Under the pieces are notes generated by a model. That model had not been told where the DNA came from. It did not search any database and was given only the letters and a program-made list of their open reading frames with translations. Both the position numbers and the translations under genes were made by a program. A stretch of 64,000 bases of DNA, taken from Vicugna vicugna (lineage: Eukaryota). The DNA lies in the NCBI GenBank assembly GCA_013265495.1, contig MU058198.1:5595779-5659778 (forward strand), in the 5' to 3' direction. Every line of letters begins with the position of its first letter. Position 1 is the stretch's first letter. Positions 50,090 to 61,339 of the stretch are shown here, piece by piece.

Positions 50090-51527
50090 GACGTCCAAGC
50101 TCCAGATTTGCCTATCCAGTAACCTATTAGAATTTCTTGGATTTCTCAGAGGCATCTACAGTACAATATGTCCAAAATGAAGTTCTTATTCACAACCTCT
50201 ACCAAAACCACTCCTACCACATATCAGTAAAGGCAACCTCTTCCACCAAGATGCTCAATTGAAAACCCTTGGAAGAATCTTCGATCCCTCCCTTTTCCCC
50301 TCTGCCCATCAACAAACCCTCTTGAGTCTACCTCCAAGTACCTCCTTAAGCCATCCACTTAGCCCCCTCTCTGCTACCGGCATCCTAATTCAGGCCATTG
50401 TCATCTCTCCACGGACAATTGCAGTGGTCTCCTAATGGTCTAACTTCTCTTCCTGCAATCAGTTTTCTGCACAGCACCCAGAAGGGTCTTACTCAGATCA
50501 TGTCACTCTCCTGTTTAAAATCCTCCAGTGAATTCAACTACACTTAGGATAAAACTTAAATTTTTTGCTATGGACTGCAGAACCTTATGTGAGCTGGTCC
50601 CAGCCTGTCCTCTGTCCTCACCTTCTCCCACGTTTCCATGAGCTCCCCAAGCTCTAGCTACATCGATCTTTGATGCTGCAACAAGCCATGGTTGACTATA
50701 ACATGGGCAGCTCCCAGTGCACCACACCTCCTGGAATACAAGCCCTTGGGCAGTCCCTCCCTACATTGACTTTCTGCCATGTGACTTGCTTTGGCCAATG
50801 GGACAATGGAATTTCAGCAAAGCTAAAGTTTAATAATTGCTGGCACACGGGGCTTGACCTCATGGAAATATTCAATTTTGGATGTTGTTTGCCATGTTAT
50901 TAAGCCAGTAGAGATTCCTGGAGAAAGAGAGGACCTGGGTGTAAGAACTGATGCCAACAGCCAGCATCAACCTCCAACCACGTGAACAAGCCTTCTTGGA
51001 TGATCCAGCCCTGCCCAAGCTCCCAGGTGACTGTAACTCTGCCAGTGGCCTCAGACAACACCACATGGAGTAAAAGAGTAATTCAGCTGAGTCCCACCCA
51101 AGTTAATGATCCACAAATCATGGGAAATGACAAATTATTATTGTTTTAAACCACAAAGTTTTGGGGTGGTGTGTTACACAGCAGTAGATAACTACAGTAC
51201 AGGCCAAGCAAGGCCATGCCTCTGAGCTTTTGCACTTGCCTAGAATTGTATGCTAACAAGAATCTCCTGGCTTATTCCTCGTTACACTGGTTCCAGCTAC
51301 AATGTCACCTCCTCCAAGAGGCCTTCCCTGATCACATTACGTAAAGTAGCACCCACACACAAGGCCTCAAAGCTCTCTGCATTAGTATCCTCAAAGCACC
51401 AATCACTGTCTAAAGTGGGCGTGTTCATTGCCTAGCTCTTGCCAAACCTACACGGAGGTTCTGCAGAGGCAGGAATAGTTTGGTCTTGTCCGTTACCATC
51501 AACAAATATTTGTTGAATAAATAAATG
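50090..51527 (+). mobile_element. L2 LINE 3' portion split by an MLT1 LTR
   Basis: CTCAGAGGCATCT and CAGATCATGTCACTCTCCTGTTTAAAA before the LTR; AATGTCACCTCCTCCAAGAGGCCTTCCCTGA and CAACAAATATTTGTTGAATAAAT after it. Confidence 0.85.
50670..51200 (+). mobile_element. MLT1G/H-like solo LTR
   Basis: GCCATGTGACTTGCTTTGGCCAATGGGACA and TTGTTTTAAACCACAAAGTTTTGGGGTGGTGTGTTACACAGCAGTAGATAAC. Confidence 0.85.
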
Positions 51528-51978
51528 TGACAGTTCCCAGAGCACACATTTAGAGTAGCAAATGTTTTCTTACCAGTCCCAAGAGAGAACAAGATTCCTT
51601 TTTCTCAAGCTAAAATCAGAGAGCTGTCCAGGACTGCTCAGATAAGCCAACCTGGACACAGGGACCAGCGAGCGAGTCTTGTTCCAGGGGGCAGATAAAC
51701 TATCAACTGGGACAATGAATGGAAAGGCAATTCAGGTCCTCACCAGCAGTTGCCATGGATGGGCAGGAACAGATGGCCAAAGCCTAGGAATTGACCATGA
51801 ACTTGGCTCTTTTTCTATGGTAAATACTTCAGTGATAAGGGGCCCTTTCAGCCCTCCAGCCTCTGTCAATCCTTCCGCTTTTCTCCTCATCTCCACCTGG
51901 GAAACTTCTACCCACAATTTCTAGACCCAGCACAGAGTCCTCTCCTCTGGGGAACAGCCAACGCTTTCATGTTGTAGA

Positions 51979-52135
51979 AAGTGGTTCCCAAGCACAGCCC
52001 CCAGACCAGCGGCACCAGCACCACCCAGGACCTTGAGAGGAACACAGATTCTCCTGAATCAGAGGGGCGAGCAATCTGCACTTTAACAAGCTTTTCCAGA
52101 GACTCTCAGGCATGCTGATGTTTGAGGATCTTTAC
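51979..52135. mobile_element. MER5A-like hAT-Charlie element
   Basis: AGTGGTTCCCAAG...CCAGACCAGCGGCACCAGCACCACC...GCAATCTGCACTTTAACAAGC. Confidence 0.8.
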
Positions 52136-52399
52136 TGTCAAAGGAACACACTGTAACTCAACCGCTCTCCTGGGTTCAAATTCCAGCTTGTTCTAATTAT
52201 CGGCAGTGAGACTCTGGGCATGTGGCTTAATCTCCTGAGCCTCAGTTTCCTCATCTGTATATGAGGGTCATATCCACATCCTGGTTAACTCCTCCTTGAC
52301 CTCTCTGTCTACAACAAATAAAGTCTCTCACAGCACCAGGTACCAGTTTTTCAAAATGATGGCAATTTTACATTTCTTCATGCATTTTTTTATTTAACC

Positions 52400-52535
52400 T
52401 CTGCCTTCCCCGCACTGGACTGCAGAATTTATGTCTTTGCTCGTGGACAGCCTCCTCTGTGTCTGTCTGGTGCCTGGCATATGGCAGGTGTTTAATGAAT
52501 ACTTGTTGGATGAATGAATGAATGAATGAATGAAT
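52400..52535 (+). mobile_element. L2 3' end with (TGAA)n tail
   Basis: GTGCCTGGCATATGGCAGGTGTTTAATGAATACTTGTTGGATGAATGAATGAATG. Confidence 0.85.
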
Positions 52536-52703
52536 ATGAATATACTATACTCACATTAATCTACTAACGGTTTCATCAATGTCCAACTAACCCCACCACA
52601 TAGAACACACTCCTTCCTCACTTGCCCTTCTCCTGACTAATGTCAACCCAGGCCCCTCACTGGAAGCTTCAGGGAATAGTGTTTAAAAATGTGGAGGATC
52701 CAG

Positions 52704-52827
52704 CGGGAGGGTGTAGCTCAAGTGGTAGAGCACCTGCATAGCATGCATGAGGTTCTGGGTTCAATCCTCAGTCCCTCCACTAAGAAAATAAATAAATAAA
52801 CCTAATTCCCATCCCCCCCAAAAAAGT
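52704..52827 (+). mobile_element. Camelid-type tRNA SINE, monomer 1 of a doublet
   Basis: GGGAGGGTGTAGCTCAAGTGGTAGAGCAC...TGGGTTCAATCCTCAG...ACCTAATT. Confidence 0.93.
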
Positions 52828-52993
52828 GGGGAGAGAGTATAGCTCAGTGGTAAAGCACGTGCCTCACATGCATGAGGTCCTGGATTCAATCCCCAATACC
52901 TCCCTCAAAAAGTATAAATAAATAAATAAACCTAATTATCTCCCCCCACCAAAAAAAAAAAAAACTACAAAAAATTTTTTAAAAAAGATTTTT
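52828..52993 (+). mobile_element. Camelid-type tRNA SINE, monomer 2 of a doublet
   Basis: GGGGAGAGAGTATAGCTCAGTGGTAAAGCAC...TGGATTCAATCCCCAA...ACCTAATT plus A-rich tail. Confidence 0.93.
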
Positions 52994-53011
52994 AAAATGT
53001 GGAAGATCCAG

Positions 53012-53170
53012 ACCTCCTACCCAGATCTATCACTTTCTCAATCTATGACCTTGAGTCTATGTATGACTTCACTGTGCCTTAGTTTCCCCATCTGTAAAAT
53101 GGGGATGATAATACTAATAGTAGTACCTTCCCCATGAAGCTGTGAATCTGAGAATTCCGTGAATAAATGT
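53012..53170 (+). mobile_element. MIR SINE (host of the SINE doublet; tail resumes near 53365)
   Basis: CTGTGCCTTAGTTTCCCCATCTGTAAAATGGGGATGATAATA. Confidence 0.9.
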
Positions 53171-53179
53171 GGGAATAGC

Positions 53180-53358
53180 ACTGGTCCTCACACTTGGCCA
53201 CATGTTGGAAACACTGGGAATCTTTTAAAAATATACCGATGCCTGAGTCCCATCCTCAGAGATTCTGATTTAGGTGACCTGGGGATAGGTCCAGGTACTG
53301 GGATTTTTTAATTCTCTCCAGGTGATACTAATACGCAGCAAAGTTTGAGAACCATCAG
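53180..53358. mobile_element. MER5-like hAT-Charlie element
   Basis: CTCAGAGATTCTGATTTA...CTCCAGGTGATACTAATACGCAGCAAAGTTTGAGAACCA. Confidence 0.88.
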
Positions 53359-53659
53359 TGCCAAGTGCTTGAAACAGTACCTGGCACTTAGAAAGCACGA
53401 GGCAAGTACTGGCTACTTGAGTGTTTGAAGTAATAGCACACATTTCACTTCCTGAAGCCTGAGTGCCAAGACCAGGTAGGTGCCTCTTATGCATTTCTCC
53501 CACCCTGGGCTTCCTCCGTAGCAACACTCATCACACAACATTGAAATTGTCCAGTTACTTGTCCATCTTCTGCACTAGACCATGAGCTAGGTCCCCACAC
53601 GTGGAACAAGGCTGGGTGTAGAGTAATTCTCAAAAACAAAATTGGCTGAACAATTGGAT

Positions 53660-54770
53660 GATCTCCTTGGATGATCTCAGCCAGACCCATGGCTTTCTGT
53701 CTGTTCACCTGACATCCCCAGCCTCCCCACTGAACTCAGACTCCAGCACCCAGCTGGCTTCTCGGCATCAAGATGGGTGACTGTCCATTCCAAACCAAAC
53801 AGGACCCAAACTAAACCTTATTTCCTCCTCCCAACTTGACTTCTCACTCCTTCGCTCTAGCAGTTTTTCAAACCAAACATCTTGAAGTCACCCTTACCTC
53901 CTCTGGTTCTCACACGCTACATCCAATTCACGAGCAAATCACATCAGCTCTACCTGCAAGCCGTGTCCAGGATCCAATCACCTCTACCTCTCCCATCACA
54001 GAGTGGCCCAAACCACCGTCATCTCTCATCCAAAAGAGTGTGGTATTTCTGTCTCCACTCTTGTCCCTCAACAGCCCATGACAGCACAGGAACCAGAGAA
54101 ATCCTACCAGACAACGTGAATAAGACCTGAAATTCCTCTGCTCAGAACTCTCCAACGGATCCCAATCTCAATCAAATCAAAACCTGAAGTCCTACCCCAG
54201 CCTAACACTTCCTGCACAGGAGCCCCCAGTTCTCTCTCTGATCTCGTCCCCTACCGCTCTCCCATTCACTCACTCTGCTATGGCCACGCTGGCTTTCTTG
54301 CTGCCCTTCAACACCCCAGGTCCATCTGTGCTCAGGGCCTTTGCACATGCTGTTTCTTTTTTTTTTTAAACATTTTTATTGATTTATAATCATTTTACAA
54401 TGTTGTGTCAAATGCACATGCTATTTCTTCTGCCTGTCACTCTCTTCCTCAAATAGCTGCTTGATGTGTTCCCTCCTGCCTTTCTTGTCTTTGCCTAAAT
54501 GTTACAAGGAGGCCTTCCCTGACCGCCCTGTCTAAAGTAGCCCCCCAACCCCTATGCCTCACCATCCCTCTTGCTCTGCAGCACATTTTTCATAGCACTT
54601 AGCGCCATCTAGCAAAACATCTATTCCTGATTAATCTGCCTCCCCACATACCCCACACTAAAAAGTAAACTCTACGAGAATAAGAATATGGTCTATCTGG
54701 TCCACTGCTGCACTCCCAGGGCTGAACACAGTGGCTGGCACCCAGGAGGTGCTCCACAGACATTGAATGG
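53660..54770 (+). mobile_element. L2 LINE 3' portion
   Basis: TGAACTCAGACTCC, CTCAGGGCCTTTGCACATGCTG, GAGGCCTTCCCTGACC and ACAGTGGCTGGCACCCAGGAGGTGCTC. Confidence 0.88.
54359..54412 (-). mobile_element. Very short young L1 3'-terminal insertion (54 bp)
   Basis: Reverse complement TTTGACACAACATTGTAAAATGATTATAAATCAATAAAAATGTTT plus A-run; 17-bp TSD TGCACATGCTGTTTCTT (54342-54358) / TGCACATGCTATTTCTT (54413-54429). Confidence 0.9.
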
Positions 54771-55584
54771 CAGCATCTTTTCGTGAGCCTGGTCAGCTGA
54801 CGTTAACTGGATGGAAATTCACCCGGCTGGAGGGAGTATCACTTAGGCATTGCCAACTCCGTGGAAATAGCAATTGGGTGCTAACTCCCCACCTCCCTGA
54901 GTGGTATCCAGCTTCTGCGGGTGGGGGAACATTTCTCAGGAGATAAATAGAATGCCTATGGTAGGAAAAAAGGCCTGGCATTTCGTGGCTTTTTCAAAAT
55001 ATTTTCAATAGCAATTTGAAGGCTGTTTGGCTCATCTGACATTTGTCTTCATTTGGCATGGGAAATTGCTGAAAAACATGGAGGGGAGGCACCGCTTATA
55101 AACGCTGGGTGGTGACAGAAGAGACCTCTCACGGGAATCTGTCACACAGGGCAACCATGGCCGCTCGGTTCTATGAAATCTGCCCCGACTCTGCTTTGAT
55201 TTATTCAGCCAGGGTGCCCCCTGATAGCTTGATTCATCTGAAGAATAATTATCCACTGTGTTATAAATGCCACTCCCTTGTCCCTGGCAAGCTGGCGTCG
55301 GGGAGGTTAAACTAGTGACAAGTGATAAAGCATGTCTGATCGTTGCTCTCACCCTGGGGGGGGGGTGCGGCTGGGGGGCAGGTCACTGGGACCCGGGCAC
55401 GTGAGTAGGAGTCAGCAGTGTTTGCCTGTATTACTAATGGGGGTGCTTCTCCCATGCCTGGCATCTCTGAGGTGCAGGCTGCCCTCCCGGTCTGTCCCTC
55501 CATAGAATGACACTTGCCAGGGCTGTGCTCAAATCAGCACCTGTAGCACAAGCACATGCGGGGGGGAGGGGGTTTTGCAGGTCA

Positions 55585-55992
55585 CTGTCGCAGGGTTTGT
55601 CTCTCCAGAGTCACTCCACCCTTCTCTACCTTCCCTGTGTCCCAGGAGTCCAACTTCTATGGTTTGCATCATCAGTTAGCTCCCTTGCTCTCTAGTTCAG
55701 CCTGGGTTTGGTTGATGGAGGTGCTAAGAGGAGATCAGAGGGCAGGAGAGGGAGGTCCAAGTATTTATTCTCCCTGTGAGGACAGGGATTGGAGTGTCTG
55801 CACTTCTTCTAATGAAAATCACACATCCCGTTGGGTGAGCCTCCCCCTTGCCTACAGCTCCCTCCGGATTCTGGTAAACCTTCCAGGTCTAGAGGAGGTT
55901 ACGGCTTCTCACTGTGCACGGTCCCTTTAATAAACTCTCCTCAATTGTCTTTTCAGTGTGCCTTGTGTTTCCTGCCAAAACTCTAAATGACA
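55585..55992 (+). mobile_element. LTR33-like ERVL solo LTR
   Basis: TCCACCCTTCTCTACC, GGAGATCAGAGGGCAGGAGAG and TAATAAACTCTCCTCAATT...GTTTCCTGCC. Confidence 0.75.
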
Positions 55993-56359
55993 CTCAGCTG
56001 TACCTTTAACACCTGTGAACCTTCTGCCCAGGATGCAGGATGAGCAAATTTGAAATAAGACATTCTTCCCACAAATATTACCAAGCCATGCATGGCACCC
56101 GACACTGTACTGGCTGCTGGGATACAGCTGTAAATAAAACAAACACCGGCCTGGACCTCAGACAGCTCCCTGGGGACCTGTTTCTCCCCTGGGAGATCGG
56201 AGCAAATGGCCCTACTTCTCAAGGCTTTTGGGGAGGAACAAGGTAGCCCTGGCACATGGCAGGAGGGTAATGAATGGTATCTGTTAGTATTTGTCATACT
56301 TAAAGCCACTGAGCCGTAGGTTTCCATCCTGAAGCCACCTCACTGCTCTGAGGAGCACA

Positions 56360-56590
56360 GCGCTGGGGTTGAGAACACAGGCTCCAGCATCAAAACACCC
56401 TGCGTTACAGCCCAGCTCTGACAGGGAATAGCTGTGCCACTTTAGGCCAGTAACTTAAACTCTCTGAGCCTCAGTTTCCTCATCAGGATTATGGTGATGA
56501 TAATAGAACCTGGGTCACAGGGTCACTGTGAGAAAAATGCATAGAAAGCACTTTGCCCTGTGCCCGTAAGTTCTAACAGTGTCATCTTTA
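56360..56590 (+). mobile_element. MIR SINE
   Basis: ACTTAAACTCTCTGAGCCTCAGTTTCCTCATC. Confidence 0.88.
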
Positions 56591-56707
56591 GAAGAGTATT
56601 GAGGCTTTATCCCTCACCCAGCCCTCTCTCCTATCAGATCATTATAATTCTGATTCTTGCCTCTTCGCTGAAGCTTGGAAGGTGGGGTTGGGAGGAGATA
56701 TTTAAAC

Positions 56708-56870
56708 TAGTGATTCTCAACACTGATTGCACGTTAGAATCACCCAGGGGGCTTTTTAAGTCCCTGTACATAGGCTGCAGCCCCAGTCAATAAAATCAGA
56801 ATCTCCAGAAGTGGGACCCAAGCATCAGAGTTTAAGTCCCAGAGGTGTCCCAGTGTGCAGGTAAGGATTG
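56708..56870. mobile_element. MER5B-like hAT-Charlie element
   Basis: AGTGATTCTCAAC...GCACGTTAGAATCACC...AAATCAGAATCTC. Confidence 0.8.
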
Positions 56871-57074
56871 CTTAGCAAGCACTGTTTCCTGCCATCTGTT
56901 CTGCATATACAACTCATCAAACCCTCCAAGCATTTTGGAGAGCTTTTGCAAAAGCCCCCAGGGAATTCTAACTTGCAGCCCTGGGAAGGAAACAGAGAGG
57001 CAGGGTTCTAGATCTGCCTTGGCAAGGGAACCTGAGCTGGGCCCTTCCCCTCTGCACCTCAGTTTGAAATCTAG

Positions 57075-57330
57075 CACATGAAAGGACAAATGCAAAGTAG
57101 GATTCTGAATTTAGATCCTGGAATAGAAAAAAAAAATAGTGGGAAAACTGGTGAAACATAAAAAGTCCACAGTTTAATTGATGGTATTGCACTCCTGTTA
57201 ATTTCTTAGTTTTGATAAATGCACCTCAGTTAGGCAAGGTAGTAACACTGGAAGAAGCTGCATGAAGGTTATTAGGAAACTCTCTACCATTTTTGCAGCT
57301 CTCTGTAAAAGCTTAATAAACAAATAAATG
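57075..57330 (+). mobile_element. L1MC-like 3' end (partly duplicated at 57500-57695)
   Basis: AGATCCTGGAATAGAAAA...TAGTGGGAAAACTGGTGAAA...TGTTAATTTCTTAGTTTTGATAAATG...GGAAACTCTCTACCATTTTTGCA. Confidence 0.85.
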
Positions 57331-57864
57331 ATGACCAGCCCTGAGAGTCACAGGGCTGGACTTGGACTTGGGAGACTGAGGTCAAGCCAGAATCGGGAGC
57401 ACTGCTAGAAAAACTGAGACTGTGTCCAGGGATGGGGACACAGATGAGGGAGTGCAAACTCAGCGATGCTTGGGGGAAGGCAGCCAGAGTTCCTCCGACA
57501 ATAGTGGGAAAACTGGTGAAACATAAAAAGTCCACAGTTTAATTGATGGTATTGCACTCCTGTTAATTTCTTAGTTTTGATAAATGCACCTCAGTTAGGC
57601 AAGGTAGTAACACTGGAAGAAGCTGCATGAAGGTTATTAGGAAACTCTCTACCATTTTTGCAGCTCTCTGTAAAAGCTTAATAAACAAATAAATGATGAC
57701 CAGCCCTGAGAGTCACAGGGCTGGACTTGGACTTGGGAGACTGAGGTCAAGCCAGAATCGGGAGCACTGCTAGAAAAACTGAGACTGTGTCCAGGGATGG
57801 GGACACAGATGAGGGAGTGCAAACTCAGCGATGCTTGGGGGAAGGCAGCCAGAGTTCCTCCGAC
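57135..57864 (+). repeat. Exact head-to-tail tandem duplication, 2 x 365 bp
   Basis: 57135-57499 and 57500-57864 read identically, from AATAGTGGGAAAACTGG to GAGTTCCTCCGAC. Confidence 0.97.
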
Positions 57865-58289
57865 CCCGGAGGCTCAGAGTCGGGGCTACACGTATGTGCC
57901 AGCCCTGCCTCGTGATGACCCTGTATGGAGCTGCTCTGCACTCACACATAACTCAGCCACATCTCAGCCCTTTCTTGCCAAAACACTGTAAATTGAAGCC
58001 CATTTTACCGACACGGAAACTCAGGGACACGGCATAAGGCGTAAGGTGTTCAAGGTCGAGTGGAGGCGCCGAGATGGGAATGGAAGTCTCTCTAACTTCC
58101 AGACCCAAGCTGCTTCCCATAAAATCCCCAAGTCGCCTCAGGCTGGGCTAGTCTGGTTCAGGGTGTGGGCGGCAGGCAGGCAGACAGTTGGGCGGGGCCG
58201 GGCAAGGTGGGGCTGATGCCCCTGGTGTCTGTCCTGGCACCTGGAGACTGGGTGCCACTTCTCCAAGCTCCTGGGACCAGGTGGGAGGG

Positions 58290-58620
58290 AGCAAGGGGAG
58301 GGGAGGTGGGTGGGAAACAGCAGGCGGCCACGTGTGAGGTGTGGGCCCCTGGCGACAGGTGGGGAAACACACACCGTGACAGCGTGACAAAGTCAACAGT
58401 AATTGTTTCCGCCGCACTGCGTTCCGGGCCGCGACATGACTAACAGGGCTGCAGGTGGCATGGCAAGTGGGGAAATTGTTTACGATTGAAAAGCACGGGT
58501 GAGAAAGCGGCAGTGTTCTGCAGTAGTAACCTCCTCCCGTGGGAGTAGGAAGGGGAGTCGCGCCCACGTGCTGGAGCTGGGACAGGCTGAGGCATCGCTG
58601 CTTCCCGCCCCACCACCCAC
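58290..58620. promoter_or_regulatory. Candidate CpG-rich enhancer
   Basis: CpG-dense unique sequence with GTGGGAA, GTGAGAA, two CACGTG, AGGTGTG and TGTTTAC motifs. Confidence 0.4.
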
Positions 58621-59049
58621 AGCTACCCCTCACCTCCTAACGCTTGGAGGGGCTTGAGCCCCTGCCATCTTTTGAGGCTCTCGACATACTAAAAAACACA
58701 AGGATGCCCCCTAAAAATATCACAAGAGTCATGGCATATCTCCAGTGCATATTAACATTTTAACACCCTCAGGGGGAAAAAAAGGCAAAGTAATATAATT
58801 ACACTTTCCATAAGGTAATTATAGGAGTTCTAAAATATTATCAGTCCCGTGCTCCCCATGGGCAGTGAGGTCCAGGTATGGGACATAAATGGAAAGCTGG
58901 AGAATAAATGACTTCTTCCAAACTCGTTGGTGGATCTCTGAATATACCGGTGTATGTCTTCTTTGGACGTGATGTCAGAAATTTAAATTCTATTTATTTT
59001 AACAAAATTATGTGAGAGTATGATGTGTGTGTCTACACACATACGCATC

Positions 59050-59280
59050 AGCATTTACTATGTGTTGGGAAGAGCACACGATAGATCTTTGTAAATAGTA
59101 AGGCATTTAAATCTCATAACAATCTTAGAAGTAGGTGCTGTCGTCACCCCCACTTTCCAGACGACAAAACCGAGACAGAAAGGGGCTGAAGGTCTCGCCC
59201 AAGGTCATACAGCCACGGAATGGCAGAGCTGGGATTTGAGCTCAGGACATCTGGCTATAGGGCGCATGTTTGTAACCCCC
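59050..59280 (-). mobile_element. MIR SINE
   Basis: CATTTAAATCTCATAACAA...CCCAAGGTCATACAGC...GGCAGAGCTGGGATTTGA. Confidence 0.85.
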
Positions 59281-59719
59281 ATGGCAGGTGCGTCCAAGTT
59301 TTCTGGGAGGGTGAGGTCTAGGTCACCTGGATCTCCTGATCTCCCCACTCCACCAAAAATCAGACATAGGTCCTATAGGTGAAGAATATTCCCCCAAAGA
59401 ATGGCTACATCCTTTTGGCATCCGCATCAGCAGGAGAACCTGAAACACGGCTTCCCCGCCCAGGCTGAGCACCGCCCGGTCCCTAACCCTGCAGGAGCGC
59501 ATCCCAGGCTGCTCCCGGGGGAGGTGGCTTTCAGGCTACCCCCACCTCCTAAGAGCGCCTGCCTTTTCTGCTGGATTGGACCCATCGTGCTGAGCCCAGA
59601 CGACACATTCCTGTTCACCCACTGGAGGGGCCCTTTGACATCTGCACTGACAGGAACGAATTAGGGCTGTGACAGCCCCGGCTCGGACCCGCCCAGGGGG
59701 TCTCCACTCACGTCCTGCA

Positions 59720-59972
59720 GCTATCTGCTCAAATGCCCTCCTGGGGGAGCTCCTTCTCCCCCAGCTATGCTTATCACATCACTCTCTTCTACTTTCTTCA
59801 GAACATTTACTGAAATCTAAAATTTCCCAATCTACTGAATTACCTCTTTGCATATTTACTGTGTCTCTGTCCATCAGAACTTAAGTTCCCCCCAAAATGC
59901 TACATCCCTAGCACCTAGTGGCTGGCACATAGTAGGTCTTCAATAAATATCTGTCGAATGAATGAATGAATG
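59720..59972 (+). mobile_element. L2 3' end
   Basis: GCTCAAATGCCCTCC...GGCACATAGTAGGTCTTCAATAAATATCTGTCGAATGAATGAATG. Confidence 0.88.
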
Positions 59973-60652
59973 GTGAGGTCCCAGCATCACCAACATGTCT
60001 GGGGAAATTTTCTGGGGATGGTTATTCCCGTTTTCCAAAAAAAAAATCCAACTACCCAACAAGTTTTAAGTTCCCATGTTGACACTACGTATTGTGAAGA
60101 CTGTGCTGAAAAGACCTTGAACCATCAGTATGGAGACCAGAGTCAGGTCTGTTTAACTGGGGAATGAACGGTAAGTAGTCAGACCGTGAGAAAGCAGTCA
60201 CAATGAACCTTTTTGTTTGCTCCTTTCCCACCAAATAACAGCCTAGGTCCTGGGCTCCTGGTGCCTCACACACTTCCTCCTCGAGCTACCCAGGCTGGAC
60301 TTCTGTCCGTGTGCTCGCTCTCGGAGTTCATCACAGAGCAGCGGGAAGGGACAAGCTGCCAGGGAAAGTGGTGGGGGAGGGAATGTCTCGCCCCTGAACA
60401 CCTACTGTGTGCCAGACCCCTCCTGAGAAATCTGCGCCTTGAGCATCTTGGGTTTTCATCCCTGTAACAATTATGACCACTAACAGATGGGAAAAGCAAG
60501 CTCAGAGAAGCCTCATAATTCATCCAATTCACACAGTGAAAGGGGGAAGGGACTCAGGCCCATCCCGTTCCCCAAAACTTCATCACGCTGATGCTGCAGG
60601 ATCAGGGTGGGGGGTGGGAAGGTGTGGGTACACCTCCTTTCTTGCAACACGA

Positions 60653-61158
60653 TGGTATTCATACCCTATCCCTGCTCTAACGATTACCATGGACTCAGTG
60701 GCTGGAAACAACATGATTTTGTTATTTTATAGCTCTGGAGGTCAGAAGCTCTGAAATGACAGTGCCTGTGTTTCCACAGGAGGTTCTAGAAGACTGTCTG
60801 TTTCTCTGCCTTTTTCAGCTTCGACAGGCTGCCTGCTTTCCTTGGCTCGTGGCCTCTTCCTTCATTGTTAAGGGCAGCAATGTCATAGCTTCACGTCTCT
60901 CTCTCCTCTGCTTCTGTCACCATCTCACCTTCTCTGGCTCCTTCTCTCCTGCCTCCCTCTTGCAAGGACCCTCGTAATCACATCAGGCCCCCTGGAAAGC
61001 CCAGGGTCACCTCCCATCTCAAGGCCCTTAACTTAATCTCACCCACATCCTTTCTGCCATGTAAGCTAACATAATCGTGGTTCCCCGGGTCAGAATGTGC
61101 CCTGGTTCCCCGCGTCAGAATGTGCACATCTTCCAAAGACTATCATCTGTCTGTCACA
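60653..61158 (-). mobile_element. MLT1B/C/D-like solo LTR
   Basis: TTATAGCTCTGGAGGTCAGAAG, TTCCTTGGCTCGTGGCC and CCATCTCAAGGCCCTTAACTTAATC; ends TCTGTCACA. Confidence 0.88.
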
Positions 61159-61339
61159 ATGACTTTGAAGATCCAAACACCCCAATTCCCATCACAGAGG
61201 GAAGGCAAGACATGGCTAAATGTCAATGTTGGTCCTACAATATTTTTACAAGGTATCCAGGCCAAAGAAAGGGTCAGATAAAGTCCTGATACGGGGCCAG
61301 AGGAGGAATCTTACTAATGCCAGGGGCCCTTATGGAGTG

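Noticed and set aside
19460..52993. tRNA-like sequences as true tRNA genes
   Set aside because: Each is diverged and has a SINE tail and flanking TSD, so they are retroposed SINEs.
57135..57864. The direct repeat as a CRISPR array or LTR pair
   Set aside because: Two abutting 365-bp units with no spacers, no TG/CA ends and no internal region, in mammalian DNA.
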